DNA of 63,953 nt, counting the filler, from Kipferlia bialata (taxonomy: Eukaryota): the NCBI GenBank assembly GCA_003568945.1. It is 7 parts of 7 records of this genome, joined end to end, with 100 filler letters (N's around TTAATTAATTAA, not from the genome) between each part and the next. Parts side by side here need not be neighbours in the genome. Positions count along the whole stretch, not along the records: positions 42,651 to 54,567 come from BDIP01001157.1; positions 54,668 to 60,239 come from BDIP01001170.1; positions 60,340 to 63,953 come from BDIP01001201.1; 4 more parts are not named here. The stretch is one strand, 5' to 3'. Positions within the stretch are counted from its first letter, which is position 1; every line of letters begins with the position of its first letter. A program made the position numbers and the translations under genes. This document shows positions 49,749 through 63,894 of this stretch, piece after piece. Under the pieces are notes generated by a model. That model was not told the origin of the DNA and ran no database searches. It worked only from the letters and a program-made list of their open reading frames with translations.

Positions 49749-51915
49749 TCACTTCACCAGGGTTAACACGGCTGATAGTAGCCTTGACCTGTGGAGACTC
49801 TTGGCAATGGTGTCTCTCTCTCTCTCTCCCTCCTTCTTCAAGTGCTGCTGGACTAGATTGCCTAGGAAGAGGCCGCAGAGTGATGCTCTGACTGTCTCGG
49901 AAGAGAGGGGGAGAGTGGACCTGGGATGAAATAGTACGTAGCTACATATGCTAGGTTCAAGTACAAATGCTAGGTAAAAGTACATATACGTATGTATATA
50001 TATATCATAGTGCTCTGACTGTCTCTGAAGAGAGGAGGAGAGTGGACCTGAGGTTATATACTTCATGGGTACTATACAAACACCTAATTCCTCTATATAT
50101 GTATACTATACTAAACACTCATACCCTTGTCCTCCTCCTTTGTGCATGTGACACTGCACTGTGTGTGTATGCACACACAGACACAGTGTAGACAGGGGTA
50201 TCTGTCTCTCTCTCTCCCTGTTTCTCTCTCTGATGCTGAAGGTCTTCCTCAACCTCTGTCTCTACCTCTTGTTCCCGACTTAGCCGCTCCTCTGCCCTTC
50301 TTGCACCCTCGACTCCATCCTGACAATGTCAGTATATATGTACATACACACACATACATATACACATAAATATACATACACACACGTGCTATGGTCAACT
50401 CATTCTAGGGGTGTCAGTATGCATATACTAATCCATATATGGGAGATAGTATCATATGTAGGAATACATCCGGGATGTCATCAACTATATACACTATGTA
50501 CATAGGCATTCCTGTTTACAAATTCTATATATATACATAGATACCAGAATCCCAATTTGCCCTTTGTCCTGACAATGTAAGTGTGTGTAACAGTACCGTC
50601 TGTATACCCACACACAATTAGAACTACCCTCGTTAATACACTAAGAACATGTAGATACATACCTTCGTGTACCCCTTGCACACCGATGTCACGACAAGCA
50701 TGGCACCATGACCTAAAGGGTCAGAAGCATTTCACAGAATCTACACGAGAGAATACGCCAATCGAAACTCAGAAGATAATGCAGAGCCCAATGTATGTGT
50801 TCCCATACCTGCCAAGAACTCCACAGCCAACGGTGTGCTCTGGATAACACCAGTTGGGTCTTCTCTCTCTACGGCCCCATCCCTATCAGAATCTCTGTCC
50901 TCTCTCTCTCTCTCTGCCTCCTGTTGGACACAGGCATCCTCAGTCTCTAGCTCTACAGTGAGAGGTGTACAAATATGAGTATGCATATGCCATTCCACGC
51001 ATATTCTACACATAAACTAGTATACGCACCTATCATAAGTGGTCTCAGTATGAGTGTTGTAGCATGGGCTGTCAGGACACACCTCATGTAGGGTATATAT
51101 ACATATGTACACTAATACATATGAACCAGTAGATGTACATTACCTATCATCAAGGGCCTCAGTATGAGTGTCGTGCCATGGGCAGTCAGGACATATATGT
51201 CACTGTACTCTACACCACTGGTGGCAGAGCTAGTGGCCCTTGTCCAAGACTCGGCAATGGGTGTGTGGCCAACAATGACCATACCGTTCTAGGGGGTAAG
51301 TGGATACATACTGATACATACAATATAATGAATGTCAATATATATGGATCTGAGCAATGATAGTACAACATGGTCTATATACACTATCCCCATGCACTGT
51401 CTATTGTGACAATCTCTCTCTATACCTGATTGATACAGGTACAATATGGTCTCTCCACCCCATCCCCATGCACTGTCTCCCTTCCACTGTCCAGTGTGTC
51501 TATGATATATATATATATATCAATATATATATATATGAGTACCTGGTTAATAGACGTGCAATAGGGTCTCTCCATGTTGTCTCCATGCACTGTCTCCCTT
51601 CCACTGTCCAGTGTGTCTATGACAGAGGCAGAGACTGGGGCATGTCTCTGGAACAGACTGGTCCTATTGATTAGTGTATACACTATACATGCATATACAT
51701 ATATATATATGTAACTGTCCAGTGTGTCTATGACAGAGGCAGAGACAATAGCCTCACGTCTAAAGAGACTGGTCCTAGTGATAAGCATAGAGTATGTGTA
51801 TACTATGAATATGGGTATATATAAATGTAGAGAGAGAGTATCAATGGCAGAGGCAGAGAGCATGCCTCTGGAAGAGAGTGGTCCTGGCGTCAATATGGAT
51901 ATACATATATATATG

Positions 51916-51960
<45 letters not shown>

Positions 51961-52116
51961 TCAATATGTAATTATAGGGTGTCAGTGACAGACGGTGAGA
52001 CAGGGGATACATGTAACTGGAAGTAATTTGGGTGGGAGTTAATGCATCTGTATATGTTACTCTATATGTGATAATACAGCAACGTACTGACGCATGACAC
52101 CAGCATGACGTCGATG

Positions 52117-52149
<33 letters not shown>

Positions 52150-53387
52150 TCGCTACATATATATATATATATATAACTATGCACAATACCCTCACCTCCT
52201 GTTACTGACGCATGACACCAGCATGACATCTATGCTCTCCCCCAACAGTCTGTAGAGCACTAGGGCCACATCTCTACTGATGCGGCTAGAGAGGGGACTG
52301 GTGTAAGTTAAACGGTCAGAGAAACACATACACAGATACCTCTCTGTACACGTTCACAATAATACCTATCAGACGTCTCCCTGGCCAACAAGTGTGTGTT
52401 GGCAAGTGCCACCAGGTCAGGCAGCACAGCACGGCACAGGGTGGTAAAGCTAGGGTAAATAGTGTGTACTATATGATAACTACATTTATATATATATATA
52501 TATGTAGGGTCTATATATATATATATATATGGATACTACAGGGTGGTAAAGCTAGGGGTAACGTAAATAGTATTCCACACATATACTCCATATCCCATCT
52601 GTACACACATTATATAGAACTCTATAACAGAGATATGTACTTGAACACAAGATATACTCACCAAATACACTATATTATATATATATACACTACACACATT
52701 CTAAAGTACTTAATCGCTGTCTCCAACAGACATACGTATTCACATATACAGATTCACTATTATATATATATATATTATATATACATACTATATATATATA
52801 CCTATATGTACCCATACCTTCTGAAGTCCCTGTCGGCTGTCTCCAACAGACACTGGAGGGCAACGGCCTGGGGTTAAAGGGTATAATACAATATGAGATA
52901 TGAGATATTGTATACACACATAGAGAGAGAGAGGGGAGGGGGGGTAACAGACACTGCAGGGCAACAGCCTGGAATTAGAATATGATACAAGCAATAATAT
53001 ATTGTAGAGAGAAGTGTGAGACAAGGGCTTGGGGTTAGAGAGCAAAAGAATACACCATCATTAAATGCATAACCTAATCAGAATATAAAGAATTATTGAA
53101 GAAACGGTAGTATACACTACCTCAAACCCTGTGTGTGGCTGGCCTGTCAGACACATGTGCAGTATGGAGGCTGATCTATCGGGGTCGGCTGAGTGTAAGG
53201 CAAGACGTGCATGTACATGGGAGACAGACAGAGAGAGAGAGATAGAGAGAGAGAGAAAGACACATGTGCAATACACAGACATATCTACACGGGAGTGTAA
53301 GAGCAATATGAGATATGCAGCACATACACTTTGTGATACTGGGAGGACTTAATAGAATTCATCTTCATGCATACATGCCCCCTCCTC

Positions 53388-53437
<50 letters not shown>

Positions 53438-54486
53438 CAACACTGACCTGGCATCACACCGTATATACACACGATATATATCAATATAGAATGTAAATAT
53501 AGAATATAATTACCTTGTATCATGGCCACTGCCACATCCAAATGGGTCTGTTGCATATATACTGAAACTGTCTCTATCCAGAGTGTAAATATATATATAT
53601 ACTACTTATACTGACTGCTCACCTAGTATCATTTCCACTGCCACATCCAGTGACCTAGCCGCCGCTGTCCTCTGGTGGCTGATGGGTTAGTATCAAGAGT
53701 ATATACATATATATAATTATAGTATAAGAATAATATACAAATATAAATATATAATTATATTACATATGTAGTATTTGTTCAGCAGCTGTCCTCTGGTGGC
53801 TGGGGTTGGTTGTATTATGTATTATCATAATTAAATACATATATATATATATAGTATAGATAGACCGTATAGATAACAAGGCTGGGGTGGGTGTATTATG
53901 AATTATCATAAGAGCATATACATATATATAATTATAGTTTAGATAGACCGTATAGATAACACGTCCTAGCCGCAGCTGTCCTCTGGTGGCTGGGGTGGGT
54001 GTATTATGTATATAAATATATAGTACAGAGGGCATAAATATAATACATACAGTATACTTAGGTGATAGCAAAGGCAACACCTGTCCTCTGGTGGCTGGGG
54101 TGAGCAGTGTATGAATACTGAATATATGCTCATGTTATTGACAGGATAGATGGTGTATATAGTATATATAGTATATATTAATACAGAAACTAAAGATTAG
54201 CACAAAGTGGTGGTGGGTAGATTCAATATGTGTAAATGCAACATATATACATATACATATATATTGATGCATATACATGTGTAAATGCAACATATATACA
54301 TATACATATATTTTGATGCATAACATTTATATATATACATATCTATCATATCCTTACCTCTGCCCCCATAGCAATAGGATGCTCAGCATGTATGGCAGGA
54401 TGTGTTCTAGACCGCCAGGAGCATCTGGCTCTCTCTCTCTCTCCCTCTCACCATCTCTGCCACACCCAGTGCAGGCAAGGGCTACA
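49749..54486 (-). CDS. Hypothetical multi-exon helical protein, 5' partial
   Basis: GC-richer exon islands with GT..AG ends (AVALQCLLETADRDFR, FTTLCRAVLPDLVALANTHLL, ...LLSAVLTLVK*) lie among AT-rich introns. The exact exon choice is ambiguous because of duplicated exon fragments. Confidence 0.58.
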
Positions 54487-54515
54487 CTATGTCTGATATT
54501 AGTATACACATAAAG

Positions 54516-54567
<52 letters not shown>

Positions 54568-54667
54568 NNNNNNNNNNNNNNNNNNNNNNNNNNNNNNNNN
54601 NNNNNNNNNNNTTAATTAATTAANNNNNNNNNNNNNNNNNNNNNNNNNNNNNNNNNNNNNNNNNNNN
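54568..54667. other. Artificial contig-joining spacer
   Basis: N44-TTAATTAATTAA-N44. Confidence 0.97.
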
Positions 54668-54726
54668 ATCTTTATGCCGTTCTATACTGTCCCCCCCCCC
54701 CCCCCCCCCTCCCCCTCCACCCTCAG

Positions 54727-57700
54727 ACTTCCCCTCGTCCATCCACACTATGCTAGCCACCAACGTGGATGCGTCCTGCCTCATGCAGATGATCATATCT
54801 CGCAAGGCCACTCTCTCCATGTGTCAGAGAGAGACCCACAACGCAGCCCTCTCTACACTCAAGGGGCCCCAGCCCGGACACCGCAACGCACCCAAGACCC
54901 GGCGCTTCACTGCCATTGGGATTGACCCAGCCGCCCTGGAGGCCAAGGTGGGTGTATCGATACACTGTAGTAGTACATATGTATATATATCTATACCTAT
55001 ACCCATGCTGACACTAGGTGGGGGCTGCCCAGGCTGCGTCTAACAGGGTGGCCAGGGAGAAGAAGCTGGGCATGCGCAGGCACCAGCTCTCCCAGGCAGG
55101 GGAGAGGGACTCGTCCTGGTCCCACTCTGCGCCTGGTCAGAGGGGCAGCAGGAACAGCCAGGGGTTCAGCGTGGACTCTGAGTCTGTGGTGAGGACCCCA
55201 GGGGGCATGAGGGTGGGTGTCCTCCGCAACGCCCAGCCCGACCCGTCCCCCCTGGTCCCGTCTCTGTCCCACGTCAATGTGTCACCGCAGGAGGGGGGGT
55301 ACCCCACCCTGGTCCCCCTCCTGATCCCTGCCCCTAGACGTGATGCCTCAGACCATGTACTGAGTGCCACCACTCAGATGCGGCGGGTGGCTGCCTCAAA
55401 GGTCAGGCAGCGCATTGGCACCTTCATGGAGAGTGTGAGTGTCAGGGTGGCAGGGTCATCCATATCAGGGTCCTCTCGCATATCACACGTGTCTGCGTCC
55501 CCAGACGACTCCTCAACGAGGGGGAGTAATGACTTCAGGCCCATACTGCGAGGACCTAACCTCAAGAAACCCATGTCCCCCCTGGGTGTGCCCAGGGCTG
55601 TGTCGTGGGGGGTGTCGAGCGAGGTCAGTGCCTCAGGGGTGTCAGTGCCACACAACAGCAACTCATTCTCCCATGGGCAGGACAGAGAGGACGACGCCTC
55701 TGAGGGCACTGCCATGGGGGTCGACTTCTGCCTCAGAGACTCCAGTCTGACTGAGGGCGGGTTGGGGTTCGCTCTCTCCTCCACCGGCCCCCTCCCCCCT
55801 CCCCTCCCCTCTGCCCCCTCTGAGGGTATGGGTATGGGTGTGGGTGTGGGTTTGGATGGGGTGGATGGCCGCAGGAGGCCCCCACCGCAGAGGGGCTGGC
55901 AGTACCAGAGTGGCAGGACACTCCAGTTAGAGCGCATTGCGGCAGGGACGGGCGAGACTGCGAGTCTGTCTGTGTCCACCCAGTCCCCCATGGGGTTCAG
56001 ATTCCCTGAGTCCTCAGAGCCACCTGTTGTCAGGAGTGTGCGCAGTCTGTATGACACGCTCAGCCCAGTGGCGGGGAAGGTATGGGCCTAGAGGGTCTCT
56101 TCTATACACTATACACTCCATACCCCCCCCCCCTCCCCTCTCACCCCAGTCCCACACCCTGTCCGACATACTGGGGCAGGGCCACCCGTCCCACTTAAAG
56201 CAGAGCTGGCTGAGTAGGCACTACAGGGCCATATACATATGGCTGGTCACTGAGCTGAGGTTGATATGTGACTTTGCCCCAGGTAGGGTCAAGGGGTCTC
56301 TGGGCCGGTGGCTCACCCTGACCCTGTCCCACTCCACCAAGGAGCCCGGGATGGTGTCAAAGGTGGGTGGATGTTAATATACACGCATATAACGTGTATC
56401 GTACATACCCCCCCCCCCCAATATTGAACCTGTAACTGATATCCAGAAGCGTATCCACATGCTGGTCTATGGGCTTCTGCTAGCCATCCTGACCACCGAC
56501 CTTGTGGGCTGGGCCGTGATACCCACATCCGATGGCCTGGGCACCATATACAGTGTCCTCAGAGACAACCACCTGGCTCTGGTGCTCAGCCTCAGCCTCG
56601 TGTTCGACTTTGTGTGCGAGGTGTGAGGTTATATATATATATGTATGTATGAGTAGTTGCTGTTGACTGGCAAGTGTATAACTTGTGTTTCTGAGTACCC
56701 TTCCTGACCCCAGACCACCTATCTGATGAGTCTCCAGGCTGCTCGAAGCTCCCTGGGAGTCAAGCAGCAACGACACATCCGGCGCATGGTGATAGCCCAG
56801 TGCAGTGGGCTGATGCCCATCCTGCAGTTCACTGTGATCCAGGTCCTGGGTGTGCAGCTGATACTGGAGAGCATGGTGGACGAGGGGGGCAGTCCGGAGT
56901 ATGGGTACGACTGGTCCTTCATGCTGCCCCTCGGCCTCCACCTAGTGCTACACCTCATGATGCACTCTGTGTACAGGAAGCACAGGCTCTCCATGGGCTT
57001 CTGGCTAGTGCTGGCCGCTGTCTTCTATGTCGTGGTCCCCTCTGTCGCCATGTGTGTCCTACTGGTAGTGACTGACCTGGAGGTGTCCACCAAGGCCAAG
57101 GTGGTGGTGGCCATACACTCCAGTGTCCATGGGCTGGGCTTTGCCGTGCTGCTGTGCTGTCTGTTTGGATATACCAGTGGGATGGGTCTCAGGCACAGAC
57201 ACGTGTTCCTGGGTGCCATCATGGAGATCAGCCATGCCAGACGCATCCTGAGCATCGTGGTCCCCCCCTCGGCACTGGATGTGTTCCTGAGGCACAGGTT
57301 CAGGGGCATAGCCAGCTCTGAGTTCTATGGGGTCATGGACCAGGTGCTCAGGGACAGACCCATACACCCAGACACGGCATGGGAGGGGAGCGGCCTGGCA
57401 GTCGACACACTCGACAGACTGTACATTCAGTGCCTGGTGCGGCTAGACGAGCCCCAGCCACCAGAGCCTGTGGCCGCTAAGATGTCTCCCTGTCCCTCCT
57501 TCAAGGGTTCTATAGAGGGCCAGATCAAGCAGTGGTACCCACAGATCGTCTACAGAGGGGGTGCAGACTCGGGGAAGTTCTCCAAGCCACCCTCCCGTCC
57601 GTTTGGGGCCTCTGTCTCCAAGGGTCTGGTGCGTTCTCTCTCCTCCATCCCTCTGGGCAGTGCTGTGCCGGGGGACGACTCCCATATGGACCTCCCTGGC

Positions 57701-58621
57701 AGCACCCCCCTGCACTCCTACACAGCCATCAAGGAGCACGTGACCAGCTTCCTGAGGGAGGACTACACCTCGTCTGCCCCCTCTAGTATCATGACTGTGT
57801 CCCCTGTCACCCTGTGCCTGGCCCTCGACATCGTCAACTTCACCCTGCTGTCCCAGCACGTGTCGAGTGGGGAGCTGGTGGCCACGCTGACATGCCTCTT
57901 CCAGGAGTTTGACTCGCACCTGCCCAGGTACAATGCCACCAAGGTCAAGACCGTGGGGGATGCCTACGAAGCCATGGTCCCTGTCAACCTGACATCACCC
58001 TCCGGCGAGCCTGCCTCCCATGGACAGTTAGTACATGCCGCGCTAGGCCTAGTGAGGATGGCCTTTGACATGAGGGACACCACCCATAGGATAGCGGCAG
58101 AGCTGGGGTACGACCTGGATGTACGCATTGGACTGTCCCTGGGGCCCTGCTATGGAGCCATCCTGTCCACCTCCAGCATCTCCTACGATACCTTTGGCCT
58201 AGGCCCTGCTGTGGCTAGGAGGCTGGAGCACATTGCAGGGACTGGGGAGGTGGTTGCCTCTCGCACCCTCCTCGATCTCCTTGAGGGGGAGGGAGGTGTG
58301 CGGGTGGGCAGGGTGGTGCGCGAGTCCCACCAGGCAGATGACGTGGAGAAGAGGCGGGCCGTGCATGCCGACTCCCTCCTCCAGCACATGTACGTGGCCC
58401 AGGCCATGGACTGTCAGAGGGAGGACGTCGAGGGGCAGATGCAGAGAGACACCACTCTGTTTGCATCCCACGTGTGCTCAATTCCAGAGGCAGATGACAC
58501 AGGTGTGGACATGGATGGAGAGGACACCCCCAGGGGGGACAGCCTGTCTCGACTCCGTGCCCACTACACATCTCTGTCTACAGTTATTGGCGTCTGTGTG
58601 GAGGCCGTGGATAGGCGGTAG
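54727..58621 (+). CDS. Multi-pass membrane class III adenylate/guanylate cyclase, 5' partial
   Basis: A hydrophobic TM block is followed by LALDIVNFTLLS...LFQEFD...KVKTVGDAYEAM...VRIGLSLGP...YDTFG...ARRLE. Confidence 0.88.
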
Positions 58622-59025
58622 AAGGTGTGGGGATCATTATGACACTATCTGAGAGTGATTGTGGTTAGGGTCTCTTTAAGACTTGTAATTTAGCTAGTTG
58701 TGGTTGTCAGGAGTGCCTATTTGAAGGTATAGCCTCACATCATATGAAACACTGTATACTATTGTATGAAAGTCAATATACACGTCGGTGATTGATCATG
58801 TGTGCATGGTGCGTGTGGCCTGAAAGTGCACTGGTGGAACACGGCACCTACATTCAACATAATGACATGAAAGAATACCAATTAGTCTATTGGGCGGACA
58901 TCCATACCACATCATGGTACAAGACGCGGTACGATGCTCCCCTTCCACCATGCACCTCTCCATAGATACACTATATACATAATGAACGAACACACACAAC
59001 ACACACTAGAAATCAGAAGAGTCGA

Positions 59026-60239
59026 CTATAGTTGGGGGGCCGTAACTGCAGCAGGGGACTGCATCATCCCCTCTGTCCCTGCCTCTGCCCCATGCACTGG
59101 GACATCATCGATGTCACACGCCCCCTCCCCCACCACATCACAGACACCCTCCCCTGTCCCCTTGACCCTAGTCAGTACATGGCCTACTGAGTCATGCTTG
59201 ACTGCAATGTGGCGCCCGATGCTACTCCTAGTGTGGGATGGGGTGGTGCACTTCAATATTGTAATTCCACACATATGCACTACGTCGGAATATGAAGACA
59301 AGATACTCTTTATGCAGTCTAACCTGTACCCACTCTCCATCATTATTATCATTATATTATCATTATCATGTATATATTATATACTATATGCACATTACCA
59401 TACCTGTACCCACTCTCTTGGCCACAGACAGAGCAGTAGAACACAGACGCCCGCTCATGCTTGGTCTAGGTGTTAGGGTTAGGCAAATGGAAACGAGAGA
59501 GTAGACGTGATATATAATAGAGTACCCCTCCCCCCACCTTGTAGTGTGTCATCATGTTGCTCCTCTTGCTGAACAGTCTGCCACAGTCGGGACAGGCAAC
59601 TAGACCTGGGGGTGGGTGGAATCTATGGAATAATTGGTGAACATATCGGTGCCCTACCTGTGCCCCCGCTGGTGCCACCCCCCGCCTTCCTCTTTGCCTT
59701 GGGTGGTGCAGGCTCAGTGGTGCCTGGGTACAGTACCTTGGCCAGGTCGTGGTGCATGCTCTGGATGTGGCGCTTCAGACGGCTGGTGGTTAATATGGAT
59801 GTGTGAACTAGTATACATAGACTGATAACAGTACATACAGAGATACCCACCCACCTTGGGTATGTGGTGTCAAACTCACACACAGGGCACTTGCAGAGTG
59901 ACGCAATGATGCCCCTGTACACCTCCGGATCAAAGGCAGCCCCCTGTCCCTCCCCCTTCTCCCCCTCCTGTCCTGTGGTACCGGCCCCCTCCATCTCCCT
60001 CTCCCTCTCCCCTGCAGCACTGGTGCATGTAGACACAATCAGGTCCTCGTGGGCCTCTCTCAGGTGGTCGGACAGCTGGTGCCTCTTCCTGAACCTCTGG
60101 ACACAGAATGGGCACCTGTGGGGCGTGTCCCCGCTGTGCACGCTGAGGGTGTGGCGCTTGAGATGCTGACTGGTAGTGAATGCCAGGGGGCACGAGGGGC
60201 AGGCGTAGGGCTTGTCCTTCGAGTGTGCCGACCGTATGT
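59026..60239 (-). CDS. Multi-C2H2 zinc-finger protein, 5' partial
   Basis: KPYACPSCPLAFTTSQHLKRHTLSVH, CPFCVQRFRKRHQLSDHLREAH, CPVCEFDTTYP.RLKRHIQSMH and CPDCGRLFSKRSNMMTHYK. Confidence 0.88.
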
Positions 60240-60339
60240 NNNNNNNNNNNNNNNNNNNNNNNNNNNNNNNNNNNNNNNNNNNNTTAATTAATTAANNNNN
60301 NNNNNNNNNNNNNNNNNNNNNNNNNNNNNNNNNNNNNNN
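60240..60339. other. Artificial contig-joining spacer
   Basis: N44-TTAATTAATTAA-N44. Confidence 0.97.
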
Positions 60340-60345
60340 TGGTGG

Positions 60346-60393
<48 letters not shown>

Positions 60394-60462
60394 GACATGA
60401 ATATATATGTGGGTGGAAGAGGGAATCAGTAACAGGGGAACGCATATGCAGACCCATCCTAC

Positions 60463-63400
60463 CTTTGGATCATTCTGGGTGACTGTCTGCTTGATCCGGA
60501 TGTACATGGCATCTCGGTCACTGGGGGTGAAATAGGTGTATATGTATATCATATGTCATGTATATATATGTGTGTACACGTAACACATCAATGTATCCAA
60601 GTACATGGCATCTCGGTCACTGAGGGTGAAATTGTATACTGATATATATGGATATATAACAGACTAAACTTGTTTATATATATGAATACTGGTACCTGAT
60701 GTTGAGTCTGATGCCTCTCATCTGGGCCAGGGTTGCATTGGATATGGGTCTGCCACTGCTGAGCTGGGGGGTGGACCTGATATGAGTAGGGGGGAGGGTA
60801 TACACAGGTATTCATTGAATGCTATGATGTACACTACCATCGTCACATCCACCCACCTTGGTGCAATCTGCGCCTCCTCTCTCTGCCTCTGTCTCCTGAG
60901 CGTTGCCTCTCTCTTCCTCTCCTCCTCCTCCGCCTCACTGTCATCATCATCGTCACTGCCCTCTGCCTTGCGGGACTTGAGCATAGACAGGGGGGCTGGG
61001 GTAAAGGGGAGGTAGTGAGGTTGAGTGATACTGCCACAATACATCAATGTCTATCCATACACAGATATACATCCCCCACCTGGCTGTCTCTTGATGGCAG
61101 ATGGATTGTGTGTCTGCACATCCTCTCCCATCACAGGCTCTCTCTCTCTCTTGACCCCAGGTCTAGTGAACACCCTCCTCCTCCCAGACACCCTGTCACT
61201 CCCAAGGGCATTGCCTGGGGTGAGACACAAATATCTATATACATGGTCATATACATGTATACATATTCGAATACACCCACCGACTGTGTGCCCTGCGTGC
61301 CCCTTGACTGCCCTGCCACTGGCCAGGTCCTGCTTAGCGGTACATGCATCACAGCACCCATGGGTATAGGGGGGCTCGGGCTTGGAGGCAAAGTATCTGC
61401 AGTGAGGTACGGGCATATACACATAGGTGGAGGAATGGAGTCTATACACTGTCTATATACCCACCTGAGCAGTATCCCCCTCCTGCATGCCTTTGCTGTG
61501 AAGCAGTGCTTGAGGGCATCCAGGGAGGCAGCCTTCACAGCAAGGGGGCCCACCTGGTTCTTGCGCCACCTGGGGGGTGAGTATGACACTGGTTGAGAGA
61601 GCAAGCTCATAAGTACTCACTAATGCAGCTCTTGAGAGAGTATCAGTACCAGTGCATATATACCCTATACTACCTGTAGTCCTTGGGCGAGTAGTACACC
61701 AGGGACACACTGGGCAGACCGTCTCTGCCAGCTCGGCCACTCTCCTGGGGTAAGACGCCCACCAACAATGCTTAACATACTAATACTGGTGAGATATATA
61801 CTGGAACATACCCACCTGGTAGTATGCCTCCACACTCTTGGGCATGTCCCAGTGGACAACAAACATGGGGGTCAGGGGGGGGGGGAGTGTAGCCTACATT
61901 CCCTCAACAATATCTAGGATATACTCGTATACATATGACATATACCTGACGTCTGCCTTGTCAACCAAGCTGACTACATATACACACTCTTATATACATA
62001 TATCTATATATCCAACCTGACGTCTGCCTTGTCGACTCCCATCCCAAATGCAATGGTGGCCACAACAACCTGGATCTGGGGTCAGAGAGAGGGGGAGATG
62101 GGTTCATAGACGCTATACAAGTATGCATTCAATGACGATACTGGTGTTTCAGCCCGCTACCAACACGTATCCATATATATATATTTATATATACATATTT
62201 ACATATACATATATACATATATACATATACATATATACATATATATACCAACACCCACCCTGTCGTTTGACCAGTCTGTCAGGACCGTCTCCCTGACCTC
62301 AGGGTCGAGGCCTGGGGTGAGGGGCCAGGTATACAGAGTATCACGGGCAATGCCACTGCTCCTTCCCCAATAAACCATGGGTAATTATGAGTTCTGAATA
62401 CCACACATACACCTGCATGGTACCCCTTGGATATCACACATATACTGTATACTGTTACATGTGTGACACATATACACACCCCATCCCACCTGCATGGTAC
62501 CCCTGTGATGTGATGCCGTTGGACTGTAGACAGGATGCCAGTTCAGTGGTCAGGTCACGTCTGGAGACATAGATGATGCCGCACTTGCCCTGGGGTGAGG
62601 GTATAGACATGGGTATATTCATGTATATAGATATAGATACATACATTGACAAATATCAATACATGTGTGTGTATGAATACAGATGTCACACACTCCCTGT
62701 GTAAAAATAGAGGGAGAGTGATACTGTACAGCACAGGTTATATATGTATCACCATGATATCACCACCCATACCCTGTACTCCCTGCTCTTGAGCTCCTGG
62801 ACCAGATCATCCACCTGGGGGTCAGGGAAGAGGGGGTGGATAGGTATAACGGGGGATATACTATCATTTACTATATTAGACGCACCACAATATACCACCC
62901 ACCTTGTCCACCCCGTCATACTTCTAGTACTTAACGTACACACTATGTGCAATGTGCAATATGGACTATATACTAATCTCCTCACCTTGTCCACCCCGTC
63001 CTCTATCTAGTGCGCATCATACTTAGTCTTAACATATATACAATTCACTCTGCCATGTATACCCACCTTGTCCACCCCGTCCTCTATCAGGGCATTCACA
63101 GACCGGACCTGGGGTGAGAGGCAGATGAACACAGAAGATAGACTCACACAGACATGCACACCATATTGCCCACCTGATACCGGATGTTGCGTCTGTCAAA
63201 GGAGGTCTGCATCATACGACTGGGGTCAGGGGGTATGAGAGTGAACGAACAAACATACACATATACACTTAGAATGTTATACACACATATACGTACGGTC
63301 TGTCGAGTGCCAGTCCCTTCACGATGGAGTCTGACACCTGCTTAGTGGCAGTGGCTGTCACGGCACACACAGGCACACCGGGCCATCTGGGGTGGGGTGG

Positions 63401-63894
63401 GGGGGTAGATAGATGAAACAGCGACGGTACTTCGGGAGAAGCCAAAGGGTAGATGAGAAAGAGTATTACAATGTATGGTACCCACCTGAGCACACATCCA
63501 AACAGAGAAAGAATATGAATATACACACATATACACACCCCCACCCACCTCCCCTTGATGCTGTTGAGTCTCTTGTATGCCGGTCTGAAGTCATGGCCCC
63601 ACTCACTGATACAGTGGGCCTGGGGGATGAGGGGGCGAAGAATACATATATATGTATGTATATCTCAGATACTGATACAGTGGGCCTGGGGGGAGACAGG
63701 AGGTCTACATAGTAGAGACAGTGGGATGATACTGATACAGTACCGCATACACACAGGTAAGGATATATATATATACATGATTTGTATATCATATATCGTA
63801 CACATATACCCCATACCTCATCCACTGCCACCATGGCCAGTCTGCCAGAGGCATGCAGCCTATCTAGGATGTGGCCGGCAGAGGCCTCAATGCC
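60463..63894 (-). CDS. recQ: RecQ-family DNA helicase, partial at both ends
   Basis: VAVDE|AHCISEWGHDFRPAY, AVTATAT, SFDRRNIRY, GIIYV, YHA|GL, VVATIAFGMGVDKADVR|FVVHWDMPKSVEAYYQ|ESGRAGRDG. Confidence 0.93.

Noticed and set aside
11968..60339. Recurrent TTAATTAATTAA between N runs as a biological motif, and gene neighbourhoods across these joins
   Set aside because: The identical 100-nt cassette with six-frame stops is an artificial concatenation linker, so no synteny can be inferred across it.
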